Positions 1-10,500 of a DNA stretch of 64,000 bases are shown piece after piece. The notes below the pieces were generated by a model. That model was not told where the DNA came from and did not search any database. It was given only the letters and a program-made list of their open reading frames with translations. Within the stretch, counting starts at the first letter, position 1. Each line of letters begins with the position of its first letter. Position numbers and translations under genes: made by a program. The stretch is from an uncultured delta proteobacterium (GTDB lineage: Bacteria; Desulfobacterota; Binatia; DP-6), in NCBI GenBank assembly GCA_963815115.1, contig CAWFFN010000007.1, forward strand, positions 160,001 through 224,000, read 5' to 3'.

Positions 1-1
1 C

Positions 2-1015
2 GTGGTGACGGCGAACAAGGCGCTCCTCGCCGTGCACGGCGAGGAGATCGTCGCGGCCGCGGAGCGGGCCGGCGTCCGGCTCGGGTTCGAGGCCAGCGTC
101 GGCGGCGGCATCCCGATCCTGCGCACGCTCAAGGAGGCGCTGGCGGGTGACCGGACGACGGCGGTCTACGGCATCGTGAACGGCACGTGCAATCACATCC
201 TCACGACCATGACCCGCGAAGGGCGCAGCTTCGACGACGTCCTCGCCGAGGCGCAGCGGCTCGGGCTCGCCGAGGCGAATCCGGCGACCGACATCGACGG
301 GACCGACTCGGCCCACAAGCTCGCGCTGCTGACGGTGCTCGCCTTCGGCGTGCGGCCGCGCTTCGCCGACATTCCGACGGAGGGGATCCGGCGCGTCGAC
401 GCCATCGACATCGCGTTCGCGCGCGAGCTGGGCTACACGATCAAGCTGCTCGCCATCGCGAAGCAGGGCGAGCGCGCGATCGAGGCCCGCGTCCATCCGA
501 CCATGATTCCCGAGCGGCATCTGCTGGCCGACGTGAGCGGCAACTTCAACGCCATCTTCGTCCGGGGCGTGGCGCTCGGTCCGACGATGTACTACGGGCA
601 GGGTGCCGGCGCGTCGCCCACGGCGACGGCGGTGGTCGCCGACCTCGTCGCCGCGGCGCGCGACCGCGCGGTCGGTGCGGCGGTGCGGGTGCCGCCGTGG
701 GGCGTTCCCCAGGCCGCGCTGCGCAAAGCCCGCATCCGGCCGCTGGCAGAGCTGGAGGGAGAGTACTATCTGCGCTTCATGGCCCTCGACCGCCCGGGCG
801 TGCTGGCGCGCATTGCTGGAGTCCTGGGTCGGTTCGATATTAGTATCGCCGCCGTGATCCAGAAGGAGCGGCGCGCGGGAACGACCGTGCCGGTGGTGAT
901 CCGGACCCACCGCGCGCGCGAGCGTGATCTCACCAGGGCGCTCGGCGCGATCGCGCGCCTGCAGGCGGTGCGGGGGACGCCGGTGTGCATCCGCATCGAG
1001 GAGCAGCTCACGTGA
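2..1015 (+). CDS. hom: homoserine dehydrogenase (5' truncated by window edge), C-terminal ACT domain
   Basis: VTANK, FEASVGGGIP, GIVNGTCN, YGQGAG motifs; ACT DRPGVLA; upstream of thrC. Confidence 0.95.
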   Translation: MVTANKALLAVHGEEIVAAAERAGVRLGFEASVGGGIPILRTLKEALAGDRTTAVYGIVNGTCNHILTTMTREGRSFDDVLAEAQRLGLAEANPATDIDGTDSAHKLALLTVLAFGVRPRFADIPTEGIRRVDAIDIAFARELGYTIKLLAIAKQGERAIEARVHPTMIPERHLLADVSGNFNAIFVRGVALGPTMYYGQGAGASPTATAVVADLVAAARDRAVGAAVRVPPWGVPQAALRKARIRPLAELEGEYYLRFMALDRPGVLARIAGVLGRFDISIAAVIQKERRAGTTVPVVIRTHRARERDLTRALGAIARLQAVRGTPVCIRIEEQLT

Positions 1016-2088
1016 CGCCGAGCGGTGCCTGGGGCGGCCTGATCGCGCACTACCGCGACCGCCTGCCGATCGAGCAGGGCGATCGCATCGTCACCCTGAA
1101 CGAGGGCAACACGCCCCTGGTGCGCGCCGACCGCCTGGCGGCGGTGGTCGCGCCCGGCGTCGAGATCTATCTCAAGTGCGAGGGGCAGAACCCGACCGGC
1201 TCGTTCAAGGATCGGGGCATGACCGTCGCGGTGACCCGCGCGCTGGCCGAGGGCGCGGAGGCCATCATCTGCGCGTCGACCGGCAACACCTCGGCGTCGG
1301 CCGCGGCCTACGCGGCGCGCGCCGGCATCCGGGCCTACGTCGTGGTGCCGCAGGGCAAGATCGCGCTCGGCAAGCTGTCGCAGGCGGTGATGCACGGGGC
1401 CCGCGTCATCCAGATCGAGGGCAACTTCGATCAGGCGCTGACGCTGGTGCGCGACGTGAAGGAGCGCTACCCCACGCGCCTCTCGCTCGTGAACTCGGTG
1501 AACCCGCACCGCATCCAGGGCCAGAAGACGGCCGCCTTCGAGATCTGTGACGCGCTCGGCCGCGCGCCGGACTTTCATCTCCTGCCGGTCGGCAACGCCG
1601 GCAACATCACCGCCTACTGGCGCGGGTACGGCGAGTATTTCGAGGCCGGCGTGGTGAACGGCCGGCCCCGGATGATGGGCTTCGAGGCCGCGGGTGCAGC
1701 GCCGTTGGTGCACGGCAAGGTGGTGGCCGAGCCGCGCACGGTCGCCACCGCGATCCGCATCGGCAACCCGGCGAGCTGGCAGGGTGCGATCGCGGCACGC
1801 GACGAGTCGGGCGGGGCCATCGAGGCCATCGAGGACGACGACATCCTCGCCGCCTACCGGCTGCTGGCGCGCACCGAGGGGGTCTTCGCCGAGCCGGCGT
1901 CGGCCATCAGCCTGGCCGGTGCGATCCGCATGGGCGCCCGCGGACAGCTGCGGCCCGGCGACGTCCTCGTGCTCACCTTGACGGGACACGGGCTCAAGGA
2001 TCCCGATACCGCCATCGCCAACTCGGAGGCCACGCTCTCCATCACCCCCGATCTCGCCCGGCTCGCCGCCGTGCTCGAGCTCGACTAG
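1012..2088 (+). CDS. thrC: threonine synthase
   Basis: PLP-lysine motif NPTGSFKDRG, ASTGNT, PVGNAGN, TGHGLKD; GTG start overlaps hom TGA. Confidence 0.95.
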   Translation: MTPSGAWGGLIAHYRDRLPIEQGDRIVTLNEGNTPLVRADRLAAVVAPGVEIYLKCEGQNPTGSFKDRGMTVAVTRALAEGAEAIICASTGNTSASAAAYAARAGIRAYVVVPQGKIALGKLSQAVMHGARVIQIEGNFDQALTLVRDVKERYPTRLSLVNSVNPHRIQGQKTAAFEICDALGRAPDFHLLPVGNAGNITAYWRGYGEYFEAGVVNGRPRMMGFEAAGAAPLVHGKVVAEPRTVATAIRIGNPASWQGAIAARDESGGAIEAIEDDDILAAYRLLARTEGVFAEPASAISLAGAIRMGARGQLRPGDVLVLTLTGHGLKDPDTAIANSEATLSITPDLARLAAVLELD

Positions 2089-2102
2089 CGAGGGAACCCG
2101 GG

Positions 2103-3314
2103 ATGAAGTGCGTGGTCGTGGTGGGTGACGGGATGGCGGACGAGCCGATCGGCTCGCTCGGCGGCAAGACGCCGCTCGAGGTGGCCCGCACGCCGAACCT
2201 CGACCGCATGGCGTCCCGTGGCATCCTCGGCCTCACGCGCACCTTGCCGCCGGGGAGCGCGCCGGCGGGCGGCTCGGCGAGCCTGGCGGTCCTGGGCTAC
2301 GATCCGGGCCGCTTTCCGAACGGCTGCGCGTCCTTCGAGGCTGCCGCCCGCGGCCTCGTGCTCGAACCCGGCGACGTGGTCTTCCGGATGAACCTCGTGA
2401 CGCTGGAACGGCGCGAGGATGGAACGCTCGTGATGGCCGACTTCGCCGGCGGGCGCCCGCCGACGGCGGATGCCCGCACCGTCGTCGAGGACGTGGCGCG
2501 CGCGATTGCCGGCGACGGCATCGAGCTCTATCCCGGCGTCGGCTACCGCCATCTGCTCGTCTGGCGTGGCGGGGAGCAGGGCATCGAGACGACGCCTCCG
2601 CATGCGATCGCGGGGAAGCCGGTGGCGCCGGCGCTCCCGCGTGGACCGGGCGGGGAACGCGTGCGCGCGATGATGGACCGCGCCGGCGACGTGGTGCGCA
2701 GCCATCCGTGGTGCGAGACGAGACGCACGCGGGGGGAGGACGCGCCCAATGGCGTGTGGCTCTGGGGGCAGGGCAGCCGGCGGAGCCTGCCCCAGATGCG
2801 CGAGCGCTTCGGGATCGAGGGCGCGGTGATCGCGGGCGCGGACCTGGTGCGCGGGCTCGGAAAGCTCGCGGGTCTCCGGGTCATCGAACTGCCGGAGTCG
2901 ACGGGGCGGCTGGACGCCGACCTCCGCGCCGAGGTGGATAGCGGTCTCCGGGCGCTCGACGAGGGCGACTTCCTGCTGCTGCACGTCGAGGCACCCGACG
3001 AGAGTGGCCACCTCGGGGACCCGCCGAAGAAGGTCGAGGCCATCGAGCGTCTCGACGAGGAGCTGCTCGGCCCGTTGCTCGACGGCTTGCGCGCGCGCGG
3101 CGGCGAGTGGCGCGTGATGGCGCTGGCGGACCACCCGACTCCCTGCGACCGGCGCATCCACACCGCCGACGCGGTGCCCTTCGTGGTGTACGTGTCCCGC
3201 GACGAGGAGAAGAGTCGCACGCTGAAGCGCAGCTACCACGAGCGCGACGCGCGCGAGCAGGGTATCTTCATCCCCGAGGCCTACACGCTCCTGGAGCGCC
3301 TGCTGCGCGTCTGA
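2103..3314 (+). CDS. apgM: ApgM-family cofactor-independent phosphoglycerate mutase / proposed homoserine phosphotransferase, atypical active site
   Basis: GDGMAD, HVEAPDESGH, ADHPTP, HTADAVPF metal motifs; thr-operon context; canonical PGSD nucleophile motif altered. Confidence 0.8.
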   Translation: MKCVVVVGDGMADEPIGSLGGKTPLEVARTPNLDRMASRGILGLTRTLPPGSAPAGGSASLAVLGYDPGRFPNGCASFEAAARGLVLEPGDVVFRMNLVTLERREDGTLVMADFAGGRPPTADARTVVEDVARAIAGDGIELYPGVGYRHLLVWRGGEQGIETTPPHAIAGKPVAPALPRGPGGERVRAMMDRAGDVVRSHPWCETRRTRGEDAPNGVWLWGQGSRRSLPQMRERFGIEGAVIAGADLVRGLGKLAGLRVIELPESTGRLDADLRAEVDSGLRALDEGDFLLLHVEAPDESGHLGDPPKKVEAIERLDEELLGPLLDGLRARGGEWRVMALADHPTPCDRRIHTADAVPFVVYVSRDEEKSRTLKRSYHERDAREQGIFIPEAYTLLERLLRV

Positions 3315-3323
3315 GGAAGTCCG

Positions 3324-4277
3324 ATGGAACGCAACCTCGCGATGGATCTGGTCCGGGTCACGGAGGCGGCCGCGCTCGCCTCGGCCCGGCACATGGGCCG
3401 CGGCGACGACGTGGCGGCGGATACGGCGGCGGTCGAGGCCATGCGGAGGGCGTTCGACGCCATCGCGATCGACGGGACCGTGGTCATCGGGGAGGGGCCG
3501 GAGGACGCCATCCCGATGCTCTACGTCGGCGAGCGGGTGGGCACCGCGCAGGGTCCGCAGGTCGACGTCGCCCTCGATGCGATCGAGGGTGCGACCAGCT
3601 GTGCCACGGGCGCCTACAACGCGATCTCCGTCATCGCCATCGCCGATCCGGGCACGCTGCTGCGCGTTCCCGACACCTACATGGAGAAGATCGCGTGCGG
3701 CCCCGAGGGCCGCGGCGTGGTCGATCTCGACCGCACGCCCACCGAGAATCTCCATGCCCTGGCGGAGGCGAAGGGGGTCTACGTCGAGGACGTCACGGTG
3801 GTGATCCTCGACCGCCCGCGGCACGAGAGTCTGGTCGACGAGGTGCGGCGGACCGGAGCGCGGATCAAGCTGATCAGCGACGGCGACGTCTCGGCGGCGC
3901 TTGCCACCACGATGCCGGAGGCCGGCATCGACCTGCTCCTCGGCACGGGGCGCGCCCCGCAGGGCATCATCGCGGCCGCTGCGCTGCACTGTCTCGGAGG
4001 CGAGATGCAGGCGCGGCTCCGGCCCCGGAACGAGTTCGAGGCCGGACAGTGCCGCGCGCTCGGCCTCTTCGACCTGCAACGGAAATACACGCTCGAGCAG
4101 CTCACCTCGGGCATGGTGATGTGCGCGGCGACCGGAGTCACACCCGGCGACTATCTCGCCGGCGTGCGCTACGTACGCGGCGGCGCGGTCACCAACTCGG
4201 TCGTCATGCGCGTGGCGACGCGAACGGTGCGCTTCATCCAGGCGCACCATCACTTCGACCGCAAGCCGGAATACTGA
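3324..4277 (+). CDS. glpX: class II fructose-1,6-bisphosphatase family protein with substituted catalytic residues
   Basis: VTEAAA, VIGEG, YMEK, DRPRH, SDGDV motifs; DAIEGA and GRAPQG deviate from consensus. Confidence 0.85.
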   Translation: MERNLAMDLVRVTEAAALASARHMGRGDDVAADTAAVEAMRRAFDAIAIDGTVVIGEGPEDAIPMLYVGERVGTAQGPQVDVALDAIEGATSCATGAYNAISVIAIADPGTLLRVPDTYMEKIACGPEGRGVVDLDRTPTENLHALAEAKGVYVEDVTVVILDRPRHESLVDEVRRTGARIKLISDGDVSAALATTMPEAGIDLLLGTGRAPQGIIAAAALHCLGGEMQARLRPRNEFEAGQCRALGLFDLQRKYTLEQLTSGMVMCAATGVTPGDYLAGVRYVRGGAVTNSVVMRVATRTVRFIQAHHHFDRKPEY

Positions 4278-4289
4278 CCCCGTTTCTGC

Positions 4290-4320
4290 TCGCCCGCATT
4301 GACTCTATGCGTGCGGGCGA
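4290..4320 (+). terminator. stem-loop after the hom-thrC-apgM-glpX operon (possible terminator)
   Basis: TCGCCCGCA ... TGCGGGCGA 9-bp inverted repeat just after the glpX stop; no clear U-tract. Confidence 0.3.
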
Positions 4321-4347
4321 CTCTGCTCGCGCTCAGGGAGGTGTGAC

Positions 4348-4839
4348 ATGGCAGGAAAAGACGACTTCACGGCCGACGAGTGGTCGCTGCTGTGCCGGAG
4401 TCCGATGCTCGCAGGCCTGGTCGTCGTGGCGGCGAGTCCCAGCGGCCCCTTCGGCGTCATCAAGGAGATGATCGCCTTGGCGAAGCTGGTCGCCGAGACC
4501 AAGGCGAAGGGGGGCGGCGATGCGCTGGTGAGCGCACTGGTGGGCGAGATCACCACGCGCGAGGGCATCGAGCGCGCGAAGCCGACCGACGTCCAGGGCA
4601 TGTCGCCCGAGAAGGCGCGGAGCCATGGGCTCGAGCAGCTGAAGCAGGTCGCGGCACTGCTCCGTCAGAAGGCGCCGGGCGATGCGGCCGGGTTCTCGCA
4701 GTGGTTGCAGGAGGTCGCGCAGCGGGTGGCGAACGCGTCGAAGGAGGGCGGCTTCCTGGGCTTCGGCGGGACGCTGGTCAGCGAGCAGGAGCAGGCGGCG
4801 TTGCGCGACATCGCTGCGGCTCTCGGGCCGGTCTCCTAG
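4348..4839 (+). CDS. conserved-looking hypothetical protein
   Basis: GGAGG Shine-Dalgarno; coding-like codon use; C-terminal KEGGFLGFGG motif. Confidence 0.75.
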   Translation: MAGKDDFTADEWSLLCRSPMLAGLVVVAASPSGPFGVIKEMIALAKLVAETKAKGGGDALVSALVGEITTREGIERAKPTDVQGMSPEKARSHGLEQLKQVAALLRQKAPGDAAGFSQWLQEVAQRVANASKEGGFLGFGGTLVSEQEQAALRDIAAALGPVS

Positions 4840-5672
4840 CGCCCGGCCCGGTGGCGGTGGCCGCGCTGCGCACCCGAGCCCCTCGGGCGCGCGCCGCCGC
4901 GCGGCCTCGCCTTCCCGGTCGCTCGCCGGCGCACGGGAGGCGGAACGTAGGTGGCACGCTTCAGGATGGAGAAGTAGCGCTTCAGGTACGGGACGCCGGT
5001 GTCGGCGGCCGTCTGCGCTTCCCGCGATCCCCCGATCGACGCGAAGACGGAGCGCACGCCGTGGTAGTGATACGCGTAGAGGAGGCGATAGAGGTACTCC
5101 GTCCGCTGCACCTCGTCGGGCACGCCCTGGAGCAGCCGGCGCGCGTCGCCGAGTCGGACCAGGTCGAGCTTGGTGAGATGTCGCACACCCGCCCAGGCAT
5201 TCACGTACGGGTCGAAGCAGCGGTCACGCGTGTCGGCGTACGACTGCCAGGTGCCCTCGACGAACTGAAAGATGCCGCACGCGGTCGAGGCGGGGTTCTC
5301 GGAGAACGGATTGAACCCCGACTCCACCCGCGCGATCGCCAGGATCATTGCGCTCAGGTCGATCGGCGGACGTGCCTTGGACAGGGCGTCCACGACCGCG
5401 CGCACGGCGAGGTCCTGATCGTCGGGCGCCGCCCGACCCCAGCGCTTCCACTGCAGCGGATCGGGCGGCAGGTCGGCCGTGACGCGGCCAGCCTGGGTGA
5501 TGTCGTGCAGGAGATCGTCCGAGACGTTGTCGGGAAAGCGCAGGACGGGCGGGGGCGCAGGCGCGGCGGGCTTCCGCTTGGCGGCGGAGGCGCTGCCCGC
5601 GGCGAAGGCGACGGACAGCAGGACGACGACGGAGGCTCGCCAGAGCCGGGTGGTCGCGCGCGACGTCGGCAT
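4836..5672 (-). CDS. secreted SLT-domain lytic transglycosylase-like protein
   Basis: signal peptide; AIARVESGFNP (catalytic Glu) and ACGIFQF motifs; start estimated at ATG 5672. Confidence 0.75.
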   Translation of the reverse strand: MPTSRATTRLWRASVVVLLSVAFAAGSASAAKRKPAAPAPPPVLRFPDNVSDDLLHDITQAGRVTADLPPDPLQWKRWGRAAPDDQDLAVRAVVDALSKARPPIDLSAMILAIARVESGFNPFSENPASTACGIFQFVEGTWQSYADTRDRCFDPYVNAWAGVRHLTKLDLVRLGDARRLLQGVPDEVQRTEYLYRLLYAYHYHGVRSVFASIGGSREAQTAADTGVPYLKRYFSILKRATYVPPPVRRRATGKARPRGGARPRGSGAQRGHRHRAGR

Positions 5673-5767
5673 GCACGGGGCCGGTCCGGAGGACCGTCCC
5701 GCAGGCGATAGCAGACCGCCTCCTCGGCGCCAAGCCAAACTTCGTGACGCGGCGCGCGAGCCGACTA

Positions 5768-6862
5768 TCAGCCGACTGCGTGCTGCGCCCGATTCGAGCG
5801 TGGCGGCAACGCACCGGCTCCAGGCGGCGCCGTCGCCGCCTCGTAGCCCGTCCAGCAGCCGAGCGTGAAGTCGTAGAGCTTGCAGCGACGGGTCGCCGCC
5901 AGCCATGCGCGCAGGCGCAATGGCCGGACGGCCATCGCGCCGCCGCTCTCGCGCGCCAGCACCGCGGTGGCAAGCGGCAGATGGTAGAAGGGAATGCGCG
6001 GGTCCAGGTGGTGCGCCGTGTGCAGGAAGATGTTGTGCCAGAAGACGTTCAGCCAGCCGGGAATCACGTGGCTCGTCGCGCCGTCCAGCGGGGCGACGCT
6101 GCCGCGGCCGTCGGTGCGCGGCTGCCAGGCTGCTTCGGGGCCGATGTGGTGGATGTGCACCGTCGCGCCGATCAGCCAGTTCCACGCCAGCCACGGCGCG
6201 ACCAGCACCTTGGCCCAGATCCAGAGCGCGCCGCCGGCACTGCCGGTCCGCGTCCACCCCACCCACAGGAGCGCAGCCGTGGCGAGCACGAGGTACGTCC
6301 ACACGCGGCGGCGATCCCGGCGGAAGGCACGCCGCAGCCGTGGCGGCGGCTCGATGCGCATCATGCGTTGCCACCACATGACGCGCAGATAGTAGAGTCC
6401 CGCGCCCCACGCGGACCACTCGACGCGATGGAGCAGCCTGCCGAGCCGTCCCAGCCGGGCGTACTGCGAGGGCGTCAGCGGATGCCACACGAAGTCGATG
6501 CCAGCGCGCCCCGCGTGCCCGTGGTGTACGCGGTTGTGGCCGAGCACCCACACCTCGTAGGCGTGCAGGCTCGGCAGGAGCGCCAGCTGGGCCGTCCAGT
6601 AGGCGAGGGGGCGGCTCCGGAAGAGCGCGCCGTGGGCGGCGTCGTGCCCCAGCACGAAGAGCGCGCCGATCGCCAGCCCGCCGGCGAGCCAGAGGAGGGG
6701 CAGCAGGGCGGGCTGGTCGACGGCGAGGAGCAGGGCGGTGACGCCGGCGAACATCGCCAGGTCGCGCGTCAGGTAGGCGAGGCCGCGCCACGCGGGGTTG
6801 GCGTAGCAGGCGGGCGGCAATGTGCCGATGAGCGCCTTCACGTCGCGGGACGACGCTACCAT
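5768..6862 (-). CDS. membrane fatty acid desaturase (delta-12/omega-6-like)
   Basis: His boxes GHDAAH, HNRVHH, HTAHH; GGAGGT SD before ATG 6862; frame stays open upstream. Confidence 0.9.
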   Translation of the reverse strand: MVASSRDVKALIGTLPPACYANPAWRGLAYLTRDLAMFAGVTALLLAVDQPALLPLLWLAGGLAIGALFVLGHDAAHGALFRSRPLAYWTAQLALLPSLHAYEVWVLGHNRVHHGHAGRAGIDFVWHPLTPSQYARLGRLGRLLHRVEWSAWGAGLYYLRVMWWQRMMRIEPPPRLRRAFRRDRRRVWTYLVLATAALLWVGWTRTGSAGGALWIWAKVLVAPWLAWNWLIGATVHIHHIGPEAAWQPRTDGRGSVAPLDGATSHVIPGWLNVFWHNIFLHTAHHLDPRIPFYHLPLATAVLARESGGAMAVRPLRLRAWLAATRRCKLYDFTLGCWTGYEAATAPPGAGALPPRSNRAQHAVG

Positions 6863-6912
6863 GCGTGGCACCTCCGGCTCGCGGCCGTCGAGCAGCGCCG
6901 TGATGTGCGCCA

Positions 6913-7596
6913 TCAGGCCGTCGGCCTGTGCCTGCAACTCGTCGCGGCCGGTCGCGCCGGCGGTGGTGGTAGCGGCCGGCCGAACGCGACCGTCACCCGG
7001 CCGGGGCGGGGCAGGCGCTGCCAGCGCGGGAAGGCCTCGAAGGCGCCGCGGATGGCGACGGGCACGATCGGTGCCTGCGCCGCGGCCGCGATGTGCACGA
7101 TGCCCGGCTGCGCGTGCTGCGGGCGGCCGGTGCGGGAGATGCGGCCCTCGGGGAAGACGATCAGCGGCTCGCCGCCTGCGAGCACGGCACAGGCCAGACG
7201 GATCGCGCGCGGATCGGGGCGGCCCGTCCGTACCGGCACGGCGCCGTTGAAGCGCATCCAGGTGCCGAGCTGCGGATGGTCCCAGTAGGTGCGATCGACC
7301 AGGAAGCGCACCTGCCAGGGCAGGAAGTAGGAGATGAACGCCCAGTCGAGCATGGAGACGTGGTTGGAGGCGATCACGAACGGGCCGTACGGTGGCACGT
7401 GGGCGTGGCCTTCGCCGCGCATGCCGAAGTAGACGCGAAACAGCGGACGCAAGATCCAGCGCAGGGCGTGATGGATGGCCGGCGTCCGTGGCGGCACGAC
7501 GACCCGCCGGCGCGTGCGGAGCGACGACCGACGCGGTCCGGAGGGCGTGTCTGCCGCAGGCTCGCACGGGACGGGCCGCACGGCCGGCGTTACCAT
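6913..7596 (-). CDS. 1-acyl-sn-glycerol-3-phosphate acyltransferase (PlsC family), apparent frameshift near the 3' end
   Basis: NHVSMLD (HX4D), IVFPEGRIS, PIVPVAI motifs; ATG overlaps the cyclase stop. Confidence 0.85.
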   Translation of the reverse strand: MVTPAVRPVPCEPAADTPSGPRRSSLRTRRRVVVPPRTPAIHHALRWILRPLFRVYFGMRGEGHAHVPPYGPFVIASNHVSMLDWAFISYFLPWQVRFLVDRTYWDHPQLGTWMRFNGAVPVRTGRPDPRAIRLACAVLAGGEPLIVFPEGRISRTGRPQHAQPGIVHIAAAAQAPIVPVAIRGAFEAFPRWQRLPRPGRVTVAFGRPLPPPPARPAATSCRHRPTA

Positions 7597-10500
7597 GGCG
7601 TCCCGCTCGCCCGCAACGTTTCCGGTTCCGGCGTAGCGTGGAACGTGCGTTGCCGCGTGTGCTCGGCCTCGCGCTCGAGGCCCAGGGCGCCGAACATCTC
7701 GAGCGACCGCGCCAGGCAGGCCGCGCCGTTCAGTCCAAGCAGCCGCGTGCCGCCGTCCGCCAGGCTCCCGCCGGCGACGGCCCAGGTCCGCGCCACCTCG
7801 GGCCGTGCCCCCATCTGCGCGCCCACGGTGAGCGCGCGCTCCCAGGCGCGGAGCGCCCGCGCGGGTCGTCCGAGCAGCCACCAGATGCGGCCCGCCAGCT
7901 GGTGGATCTCGGTGCGCTGGATCGAGACCTTGGCCGCGATGCGGAGCGCGTAGCGGATGCTGCCGCGCGCGTGCCAGCCGAGGAGGGCCGTCGAGCCGCC
8001 GCCGGCGACCGCCTCCTCGAGCAGCGCCACCTGGTGGCGGAGCCGAGCCGCGGCATAGGCGCTCAGGTGCCAGGGCGGCACTTCGATCGTGCGGCTGGTG
8101 ATCCGCTCCGCCGCCGCCAGGCTGCGTTCGGCTGCCCCGCGCCGGCCGAGCAGGAGCTGCGCCTTGGCGTAGGTGCCGAGCCCGAGCACGCGCAGCGCGT
8201 CTTCGTGGCGCATCGCGGTGTAGTCCTCGGCGGCGGCGCTGGCCTCGGCCAGCCGACGCTCTTCCAGCAGCAGCAAGGACGTCATGCCGTCGTGGTTCGC
8301 GCCCGCGAAGGCGTAGCCGTAGCTGTCGTTCATGTCGTCGAGCTGGCCGAGCAGCGCGCGCGCCCCCGCGAAGTCGCCCTGTCGCAGCCGCCGATCGCAG
8401 TAGAGGCCGAGGTACGTGTTCACGTCCCACAGCTGGCCGCAGCGCAGCGCCTCCTCCACCAGCCCCTCGTCGATCACGGAGCCATCCCCCCAGTCGCCGA
8501 GAAGGTACTGATGGATGAAGCTCATCGAGGCGCAGGTGAAGACGTCACGCACGTTGCCCGGGCGAATCAGACCCTTTGCGATGGCGAGCGCCCGCCGGCT
8601 CACCGCGAACGACAGGCCCGAGTAGCAGAACATGGTGGCGAACGAGGCGTACATGGCGCTCGCCTGGTCGATCTGCCGCATGTCGAGGCGGTTGAAGCGC
8701 CGGAAGGCCCCGACCAGGTCGATGAGGAGCCTGGTGGGGTCGCTGGTGATCTCGGCCCGGCCCCGGTTGAAGTAGATGTCGCTGATCTGCCGCTCGCGCG
8801 GCCAGTCGGTCACCTCGCGCCGGCGCCCCGTGCGGACGTAGAGCTGGCCCAGCACGCCCAGGAGATCGACCGCGAAGCGGACGTAGCCGCCGAGACGGCT
8901 CCGCGGCACGTGCTCGCCGAGCAGGCTCAGCGCCGCGTCGAAGTGCTCGATCGCCTCCGTCAGGTCGCCCTTGTTGAGCAACGCCAGGCCGATGCTCTGC
9001 TCCAGCACCGCCTTCTTCCGGGGATCGCCGCCGTCGCGATGGAGCTGGAGGTAGAGCCGCGAGGCATCGCGGAAGAAGGTCAGCGCCTCGTTCGACGCCG
9101 CCGAGCGCGTGGCCTCCTCGCCGGCCTGGAAGAGATACTGCTCGGCCTTCTCGAGCTCCTCGGCGCGGCTGTAGTGGTACGCCAGCATGCCGTAGAAATC
9201 GCTCAGCCGGTCCGCGTAGATGCTCTCGATGGCCCGGGCCACGCGCCGGTGCAGTGCCTGCCGCGTTTTCTGCAGGATCGCCTCGTAGATCGTCTCCTGC
9301 ACGAGGGCATGGGTGAAGACGTACCCGCGCTCCGGGAAGAGCAGTCGGCGGCGGACGGCACCGGTGCGGCGGGTCCGGCGGGCGCGGATCAGCTGGCGGC
9401 GAATCAGGTCGTCGAGGATGCCGTCGAGGTTCTGCTCGTCGCCCAGGATATCGGCAATGAGCTGGTGCTGGAACGAGCGGCCGATCGCGGCCGCCACCTG
9501 CAACACGCGCCGCGTGGGCTCGTCGAGGCGATCGACGCGGCTCATCACGACCTCCTGCACCGTGCCGGGGATGACCGCGGCCTGCAGCCTGTCGGTCAAC
9601 CGCACCTGGCCGTCCTCGTAGGTCACCGCGCCGTCCTCGATGAGCGAGCGGATCACCTCCTCGATGTAGAACGGATTGCCCTCTGCCCGCCCGACGATCA
9701 GCTCGCGCGTCGCGTACGGCAGGTCGGGCGTGCCGAGCAGGTTCTGGATGAGCGCGTAGCACTGTGGTGCGGTGAGATGGCCGAGGCGGATCTCGGTGTA
9801 GAGGGCCGCATGCTCGGTCCGGGCCGTCGCCAGGATGCGATCCGAGGTCTCCGGCGCCTCCGGGCGTGCGAGCACCACGAAGAGGAGAGGGTACCGGCCC
9901 GCCAGCCGCAGCAGGGCTTCGAGGAGCTCGATCGACGACTGATCCGCCCAGTGCAGATCCTCGAAGACCAGCACCGTGGGACGCACGTCCGTCAGACGCC
10001 GGAGCACGTGCCGGACGTGCTTCAGGATCAGCTCGACCATGGCCTCGCCTTCGCCGCCGCGTACGGGCGCGGCGTGCTCGCCGGTCGGCCGCATGCCCAT
10101 CATCATGGCGACGAACGGGAACACCTCGTCGCGCTCGGCCTCCGGCATGATGCCGGCCAGGGCGGCGAGGAGCTTCATCTCGGCGGCTGCCTCGTCGTCG
10201 TCGACGATGCCCGCCCAGCGCTGCAGGAGATCGACGAAGGGATGGAAGCTGAGGCCGTGGCCGACGGAGAAGGCGCGTCCCTCGAGGACCGTCACGTGAC
10301 GCGCGGGCTCCAGTCGCAGCAGCTCGGCGAGGAGCCGCGACTTGCCGAGCCCGGCCTCGCCCACGATGCCGACGATGCCGCCGCTCCCGTCGGCCAGGCG
10401 ACGCACGCAGTCCGCGAGCGTCGCCAGCTCCGCCTCGCGCCCGATCACCGCCGACGCGATGGACCATGTCGCTGCGGCGCTCGTGCGGGGCGTGCGGTGG

